Below are positions 55,518-64,000 of a DNA stretch of 64,000 nucleotides, in pieces. The notes under the pieces were generated by a model, which saw only the letters and a program-made list of their open reading frames with translations, was not told the DNA's origin and made no database searches. The stretch is from Paraspadella gotoi (taxonomy: Eukaryota > Animalia > Chaetognatha). The position numbers and the translations under genes are program-made. Within the stretch, counting starts at the first letter, position 1; every line of letters begins with the position of its first letter. The DNA is taken from the NCBI GenBank assembly GCA_051294375.1, contig CM119270.1:20792417-20856416 (forward strand), read 5' to 3'.

Positions 55518-55977
55518 TACCTCTCCCTTCATCAATCATAATCTCAGTCATGCATTCATGAAGCCTCGTCCCTCATTTCGCGAACTCATTTTCGACTTTT
55601 TCTCACTTACCCACTTTTCTTTAGCCTCTTGCCACTTACTTTTTATTAAACTCGTCCTCTTGCCCCTCACCTTTTACTGAGCTTTGTCCTTTCTTATGTC
55701 TTATGTTATGAAAGTTGAAAAATTACTTGTTTCACTATCTTTATTTTTTTATTTTTTAGATTTAAAATAACTATTAGTTATGATTTTATATCTCTTAAAA
55801 TATTTTTAGTTTTAAATATTTAAATATATTATTTTCATCTGTTTGGATGGGGACGTTAGTGTTGTCTTCTGGAAATAGAGGGTGCATCTACACAACACAT
55901 GGTTAGATTACTTTCTGTTCCAGTTTCAATTTTCTACTAGATATCTTACATCATTCCTGTTGGAAAATCATTAATGA

Positions 55978-58097
55978 AGAGAGAGATCCAGACTTCCCCA
56001 TAGTTTTTTTTTTAGATACAAAAAGTTGAATTTTGCATCTTTGTGACACAGATGCTGCCCACTGAACACGGAGTTTCTCTAAGGGATGTGTGACGGTCGT
56101 GGGCGCCACTCCGTGTCACAAACAGTAGTTTTTTGCTTAATCCCCATATTTAACCCCGCAGCTAAAAAGCCCCAGCCTTCCCCATGATTTTTTTTAGAAA
56201 TACAAAAAAGATGAATTTTCATCTTGGTGCACAGAGTGGCGCCCACTGACACGGAGTTTCTCTTAGGGATGTGTGACGGTCAGTGGGCGCCAACTCCGTG
56301 TCACAAAAAGTATTTTGGTGCTTATGTCCCCATATTTAACCCCGCACTAAAAAGACCCCAGCTTTCCCCATATTTTTTTTAGATACAAAAAAGATAAATT
56401 TTCATCTTTGTGACACAGAGTGGCGCCCACTGACACGGAGTTTCCTCTAAGGGATGTGTGACGGTCAGTGGGCGCCACTCCGTGTTCACAAACAGTATTT
56501 TTGTGCTTAATCCCATATTTAACCCCCGCACTAAAAGCCCCAGCCTTCCCATATTATTTTTTAGATACAAAAAAGATGAATTTTCATCTTTGGACACAGA
56601 GTTGGCGCCACTGACACGGATTTCTCTAAGGGATGTGTGACGTCAGTGGGCGCCACTCGTGTACAACAGTATTTTTGTGCTTATTCCCCATATTTAAAAC
56701 CCCCGCACTAAAAAAGCCGCCAGCCTTCCCCATTATTTTTTTAGATAACAAAAAAGATGAATTTTCATCTTTTTGAACAGAGTGGCGCCACTGACCGTCA
56801 CAGCATTCCCTAGAGAAACTCCATTTTTATATTTGATTATAAATATGGGGAAGGCTGGGGCTTTTAGTGCGGGGGTTAAATATGGGGATTAACCACAAAA
56901 TTAACGGTTTGTGACACGGAGTGGCGCCACTGACCGTCACACATCCAATTTTAGGATACAAAAAGATGAATTTTCATCTTGTGACACAGAGTGGCGCCCA
57001 CTGACACAGAGTTTCTCTCGGGGTATGTGTGACGGTAAGTGGGCGCCACTGCTGTGTCACAAAGTTTAAATTTGCTTTTTTTTTGTAATCTAAAAAAATA
57101 TTCGGGGAAGGCCTGGGCTTTTTAGTGGGCGGGGGTTAAATATGGGGATTAAGCTCAAAATACTGTTTGTGACACGGAGTGGCGCCACTGACGTCACACA
57201 TCATATTTTTTAAGATAGCAAAAAGAATAAATTTTAACTTTGTGAGCACAGAGTGGCGCCCACTGACACAGAGTTTCTCTAGGGGATGTGTGACGGTTCA
57301 GTGGGCGCCACTCTGTGTCACAAAAGTTTAAATTTCTTTTTTTTTTCTATCTAAAAAATATGGGGAAGGCTGGCTGATTTTTTAGTCGGATCTTGCTTAT
57401 CAGCAGATCCCGACTCTATTATTCACTTTCGTCCGTCGGTCCGCCCCCTCATATTGTCGGTCCACACACTTATATCCATGTCAGACCATCGAATTATGAT
57501 AAATTATGCAAAAAAAAACGATGTCCGTCCGTCCGTCGTCCGTCGAGTCGTCCGTCCTCACCTTACAAAAACTCCAATTATGTGATTGGATGGAAGGAAT
57601 TGGTATTGAAATCTTGTGTGTGGGTAGGAAACTGTTGATCGAGAATGGATATGAAAAGTTTCGAGGAATAGTGCGAGTGGAAATTGTTTAAATGGAAAAA
57701 ACAAAAAAATATATTTCACTATTTGAAGCGCCATTGCTCATGAGTGATAGGGCAACTGACTTGAAATTTTGTATGATGGTAGGAAAGTGTGTGATTGAGC
57801 TGATATAAAAGTCTTGATGTGAATTTGTGCGAGTGGAAATGAGTTAAAATGGAAAAACAAAAGTCATATTTACTTGATAGTAATTTTTAACTTAAATTTA
57901 CTCATAATTTATTCATGTTTATTTAAAAATTGGAATAGATAAATCGATAATTGAATTTTGTGTGTGGGTAGGAAGTAAGTGATAAAGCTGGATATAAATT
58001 TTTGATAGGAATCGTAGGAGTGAAAAGAGTTCAAATTTAGAAAACCAAAAGACACATTTATTTTTGAATTTTAAAGTTTCTCTCTCTCTATCTTCTC

Positions 58098-58130
<33 letters not shown>

Positions 58131-61100
58131 TGGATTGATTGATTGATGTGATTGATTGATTGGATTGATTTGATTGATTGACAAATTATGCCAATTACAT
58201 AATATCCAGTTGACCAAGAATTCTTTAAAGTTGACCAAATTATGGCCAGTTGACCAAAATTCTGCAAGTTGATCAAGTTTTGCAAGTTTACCAAATTATC
58301 GTGTTGACCAAATTATGCCAGTTGACAAATTCGGACGCTTGATAAAATTATGCCTAGTTGACCAATATTATGCCGGTTGACCAAATTATCTTTAATTGAT
58401 CAAATTATTGTCAGTTGACAAATTTATGTCGAGTTGACCAATTATGTCAGTAGATCCAAATATGTCAGTTAACCAAATATTATGTCAGTTGGATCAAACT
58501 TATGCAAGTTGATTAGATTAATGCAAGTTACCAGTTTTAGCTTATTACCACTTAATTATCGATTGAACCTGGAATTTTTGTTATGTGAGTGGTAAAAGTG
58601 TGTGATTGAACAGGAAACCAAGTTTCGAATGGAATCTTTGTGAGTGGAAATGAGTTAAAATGGAAAAAACAAAAAACCTGTTTCACTAATTGATTATGAT
58701 TCTTTTTTTTCCTTTTATATTAAATGTATATGCAGGATGTATTAATTAAATCAAAATAAGTTAATCAGTTTAATTATTGCATTAGTCAATTAATTAATCA
58801 ATAATTAATTAATCAGTCAATCAATCCGTCCATGCGTCCCACCTTTAGCAAGCTCGCAATAACTCGTGATTGCTTTGGTAGGAAAGTGTGTGATAAAAGC
58901 CTGGATATAAAAGTTTCGACGGAATCATGTGAGTGGAAATGAGATTAAATGGAAAAAACATAGGTTGCATTTACCTAAAATATTTTTTAACTTATTTAAC
59001 CATAATGTACTCTAATTAATCATAATTGGATGGATAGATTGAGTTCAATTTGTGTGGGTAAAAAATGTGTACGATGCTTGATTTATAAAGTTTCGGTGGA
59101 AATGTTCGAGTGGAAATTGAGTTTAAATGAAAAATATGAGTCACATTTACCTTGAATAACTTTTTGATTAGTTCATTGGGTTTGTTGCACTGAAGCTTTT
59201 TAATATTTTTTAATATATAACAAATGACAAAAAAAATTTTAAAATGTGATTTTTTTTAAGAATGCGGGTTCTTTAGAGCTTAAAAAGTTAAATTGAATAG
59301 TTAGTACTATCATTTTTTTTCAAGATTTTTACAATAATTGGTTAATAAATGTAAAAAACCTTAAAAAATCATCATCATCATCATTATTGGCTGAATTTTA
59401 TTTTTTAAATTTTATTAATAAAACACAAAAAAAATTTAAAAAGTTGTATTAAAACCTTTATCTAACTTAAAAGTCTATAAGAATCTATAAAAAAAATTGA
59501 TGAAGCAAAATTTTAAACTTTTTAGTTTTCAAACCTGTTCGCGGCCCTAATATATAGTAAGGCGGCCAAAATTGAACACTTTTTATAACTTCTAGTTCTC
59601 TTTAAAAATTTTTTTTACTTTTACTACTATTCTCGATTTTTAATGTAACTTTTTGAATTATTTCATTGGGTTGTTGCACTGAAGCTTCTTTAAATATTTA
59701 TTAATATATAATTAATTATATAAAGTTTTTGAACGAATTGTGCCAGTGGAAATGAGTTTTATGGAAAACTTGAATCTTTAATTTATTATGAGTTACTAAT
59801 AAATGTTTAATTAATTAATTAATTAATTAATGTGAAAAATGATGCAAAGTTAAAAAAATCTTAAAAGCATAAAGATCGTCGCAATTGTATAAAAGAGAGA
59901 GAGAGAGAGAGAAGAGAGAGAAGAGAGTGAGAGAGAGAAAGAGAAGGAGACATAAAATAAAATAGAGGATATTTGTTTGTTTTGATAAAATGTAAACAAA
60001 ACATATTTAATAACTGTCCCTAACCAATTTTTAGAGGACATCGATGATGATAAGTTGAAATAAATTTAAAATTAATTATTACATTAATTAAAATTAATTA
60101 TTAAATTAATTATTCGATTAATAATTAATTATCGTAGGAGAGTCCGACATTGTTTGCTCAAACTTCTTTATTATAATTTAAAGGGTTACGTGAAAACAAC
60201 CTGAATCAGGGGATCGAACGCAGATCTTTAGTTAAAAAGAAATTAAAGGTCTTATTATTCGAAAATTACCATTACAAATTGAAATTAATTATTAAAAAAT
60301 TGAACGAAATATACATTAGTGGGATTGTTTTTAAACTCCTCAATCTGGCTTTTTTTTAGGTTTCAATGGTAAGGAGGCGACTTTCGTCATCTAGGTCGAG
60401 ACGTCGCATTCCCAAACGCTTTTTTTTTTTATATAAAAAAACGAATTTTTAACAGCTTTTTGAGGCGCGAAAGCAGGGGCAACTTCAGTCATCTAGGTTT
60501 CGAGATTTCGCAAGTCTTCCAAATCTCTCTTTTTTTATTATGAAAAATAATTTTTTTACGGCTTTGTGGCGCCCAGTGGCGCCCACAATCGTTGTCACAA
60601 CAATATTTTTGATTGTGTTTGCCTAATCCCCAATATTTAACCCCCGCACTTAAAAGCCCCAGCCCTTTCCCCATATTTAACCAAAAAAATCAAACTATTT
60701 TTTTTTTAAAAAAAACATGAAATTGAAGAGGATCGAACTTGAAACCTAGATCTTGTTGTATTGGAAATAAGGAACGAATTTTTTCTTACATTTGGTGAGA
60801 ACGTAAAGAACGAAGGATAAATTGGTGGAGGAAGAAAGAAGAAAAAGATAAGAAAGAAAGAAAGAAAGAAAGAAAAAGAAAAGAAAAGAAATAATGAAGG
60901 AGAAGAAAAGGCGTAAAAACTGCGTAACTCATGCAGAATGAGTCAAATTCTTCAAATCCCTTAAGATATTGTGTGAGGGAGATTTTGTGTGAAGGGAGAT
61001 TTTGTGTGAGGAAGATTCAAAGTCTCAGATGAAGGAAATGAGGAGAAGGAATTAATTATGAGAACCGAAAAGTCTATGAGAAAAATGAGTAATAAAAAAG

Positions 61101-61487
61101 GGAGAAAGAAGGATGAGAGGAGGAGAGAAGGAATATGTAAGAAATAAGGAGGAAAGAAAAAAAGGAAAAGTGGAAGAAAGAAAGAGAATATAGAGAATGA
61201 AATAAAAAGAAATAAATAAAGAAAGAAAGCAAGAAAGATACAAATAAATTAAAGAAAAGAGAAAAAAGAACGAAAGATGAGAAAACAAAAAAAGAGAGAA
61301 ATAAGAAAGCATGAATGAATGAAAGAAAGAAGAAAGAAAGAAGAAGAAAGAAAGAAGAAGAAAGAAAGAAGAAGAAGAACACACACATGAGAAAAAACTT
61401 AGGAAAAGAAGAAGAAAAGAAATAAACAGAAGAATAAGAAAAATGAGAAGAAAAGAAAGAAAGAAATGAAAGGAAAGAAAGAAAAAA

Positions 61488-61520
<33 letters not shown>

Positions 61521-62584
61521 AAAAAAGAAAGAAAGAACGAAAGAAAATAAGAGAAAAAACTTTAAGAATTTATTGAAGAAAGTTAAAAAAAAGAGAAAGA
61601 AAAAAATAGAAAAAGAGAGAAAGAGAGAGAGGGAGAGTGAAAGCCTAAAGGCCTCACATAAACTATCTTTATCGGTTCCCACTTTTGAATCACCAAGCAT
61701 TTCGTCTTATTTCCAATCTTAAATAGGAAACAATATAATTTTGGCGGCCCTCAAAAAAAAAAAAAAAAAATAAGATTTTGTTTGGTTCGTCTTTCGGAGT
61801 AATTTTTTTTTTTTTTTTTGAGCGGCGTGATTAGTCGCCCCCTGGGTGGCGCTGCCTGTTGGAGAGAGCGGAAGTTTGAATTAAAAAAAAAGTTTAAAAC
61901 TTCTGGGGAAGATTAAAAAACGGTTGGCTGAAGATCAGACAGGCGTCGGCGAAGATTAGGCGGGGTCGGGGAAGATTAATCAGGATGTAGGAAGATTAAT
62001 TATGTATTGGAAAATTAAAGATAAAAAGCGCAAAAAAGGTAGAACATTTCGGAATGATTTGAGATATTTGACAAAAGTTTAAAAAATTAAAATACGTTTA
62101 AGAAAATAACGAGGGTAAAATAAAAACTTTGGAAACGAATAAAGATCTTCAATACAATAAAACGGTTTTAAAAGGAAAAATTACACTTGGGGAAAGATTT
62201 AAACGTAATATATTTTTTAAACTTTATTAGCGATTTTAAAATTGAAGAGAAATAACAATTGAGTTTGCCAAAAAAAAGGTACAATTGACTCTAACATTAC
62301 TTAACTTAAAATTAAGCTTAAAACTTTAACAATTAAGCTTTAAAACTTTAACAATTAACTTAAAATCTTAACACTTAAGCTTAAAATTTTAACAATTAAG
62401 CTAAAACCCGCGACACATGATTAAAATATTGTTAGTAAGAATATGAAGCACTTGAAATCTATTGCAAATGTCTAATTATGATTCAATGCCAATTTAGTTT
62501 TTTATGATTCAATTATTTTTTAAAAAAATTCTAAAAAAGAATAAATCTTCTGAGCGAAAATGCCGAAAAAAAGTGTCACGAATT

Positions 62585-62624
<40 letters not shown>

Positions 62625-63087
62625 CTCTCTCTCTCCCCTTACCTCTCCCTTCATCAATCATAATCTCAGTCATGCATTCAGAAGCCCTCGTCCCTCATTT
62701 CGCGAACTCATTTTCGACTTTTCTCACTTACCCACTTTTCTTTAGCCTCTTGCCACTTACTTTTATTAAACTCGTCCTCTTGCCCCTCACCATTTACTGA
62801 GCTTTGTCCTTTCTAGCTTAATGAAAGTTGAAAAATTACTTTTTTAATATCTTTATTTTTTATTTTTTAGATTAAAATAACTATTAGTTATGATTTATTT
62901 ATCTCTTAAAATATTTTTAGTTTTAAATATTTAAATATATTATTATTCATCTGTTTGGGATGGGACGTTAGTGTTGTCTTCTGGAAATAGAGGGTGCATC
63001 TACACAACACAAGGTTAGATTACTTTCTGTTCCAGTTTCAATTTTCTACTAGATATCGTACATCATTCTGTTGGAAAATCATTAATG
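55978..63087 (+). repeat. 7.1-kb direct tandem duplicate of 48855-55977
   Basis: Constant offset of 7123 (e.g. ORFs 49256/56379, 52727/59850). The copies appear identical to ~60160, then become indel-divergent. Confidence 0.93.
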
Positions 63088-64000
63088 AGAAACTCATAAT
63101 ATCTACATTCTACAAGGCCGAACAAATAGGGGGAATGGAATAAATCTTTTGGGGATTAAGGTTATATTGTATGATTAATTTTATCAATATGATAAGACTA
63201 CATAGNNNNNNNNNNNNNNNNNNNNNNNNNTAGAATTGTATGTTCTGATAGGGATACATACTGGGAAAAGTTTTGTCGGGGTCACCTTTATATTTCGAAA
63301 ATAATTTTAAAGCATATGTTTAAACTTTAAAGTATATTTTTTTTCTCTTTTTATATTTTAAAAGAGCCATATTTTTATCTTAAGAACTATTTTTATTTTA
63401 AAATCTAACTATTTTTACTTCTCTTAATAAACATATTTCTATTTATATATCATTTTGTTATTTCTATATATTTTTCTCTCTCACTCTCTCTATCTCTCTC
63501 TCTCTCTTCACTTCTCTTTTTATCAAAGTCAACTTCCCTTTTTTCTCACTTTTCATTTTTTTTTTCACTCAAAATCTCTTTCAGTCTTTCAAAGTCAATC
63601 CTAATCAGGGTCCGCACTCTTCTCATCTTTCAAAGTCAATCCTAATCAGTGTCCTTCGCTCTTTAATGTTCCCATAGATTTTCCGTCTGCTTTTAAATGT
63701 CCTCATTTTGTTTGTATTTCTTCTTCAAACCATTTCCTGTTCTCTTTACTTTTATTTGTGTCGTAGTCATTTGAAATTTCTCTCTCAATTTCTTCCATGA
63801 CTTTTACCAACCAATTTAACTAAAATGTCTTTTCTTAATTTTTTTTTTTTCAGTTCCCTTGGCTCCCCCATCTTTTTCGGCCCTACTTTCACAAAACGCC
63901 TCATTTCATCTTATATTATCTTGTATTAACTTTAATTTAAAATTAAAAATCAGGGTTAGGGATTAGGCTAGTGATTAACATTAGGGTTTAGGTTAATGGT

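Noticed and set aside
63950-64000. Telomeric TTAGGG repeats
   Set aside because: Only a few degenerate units are present at the window edge, which is insufficient to call a telomere.

Overview
AT-rich, microsatellite-dense genomic DNA from an invertebrate animal with spliced GT-AG genes. The assembly looks like an error-prone long-read draft, with N gaps, indel noise and duplicated segments, and most ORF-track entries are low-complexity artefacts. Manual exon stitching gives three genes: (1) the 3' part of a gustatory-receptor-like (GRL/7TM ion channel) gene, + strand, <1-2672; (2) a CaMKIV-like kinase, - strand, 3045-6055; (3) a calsyntenin gene, + strand, 8710->47339, with at least 12 exons and no 3' end found. 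The most unusual structure is a 33-copy ~105-bp tandem array (13.5-17.0 kb) made of the last 70 coding nt of calsyntenin exon 2 plus its GT donor and an (ATGAG)n tract. Two large fold-back inverted duplications both pivot in the same 24-bp minisatellite. One arm carries a Tc1-like insertion that the forward copies lack, which suggests a second haplotype. Other features are a minimal hammerhead-ribozyme motif in a 50-bp hairpin inside a GRL intron, a TG..CA-bounded element with tRNA-like A/B boxes inserted in (TA)n, a hairpin-unit satellite, HINE/Helentron-like elements and a 7.1-kb tandem duplication.
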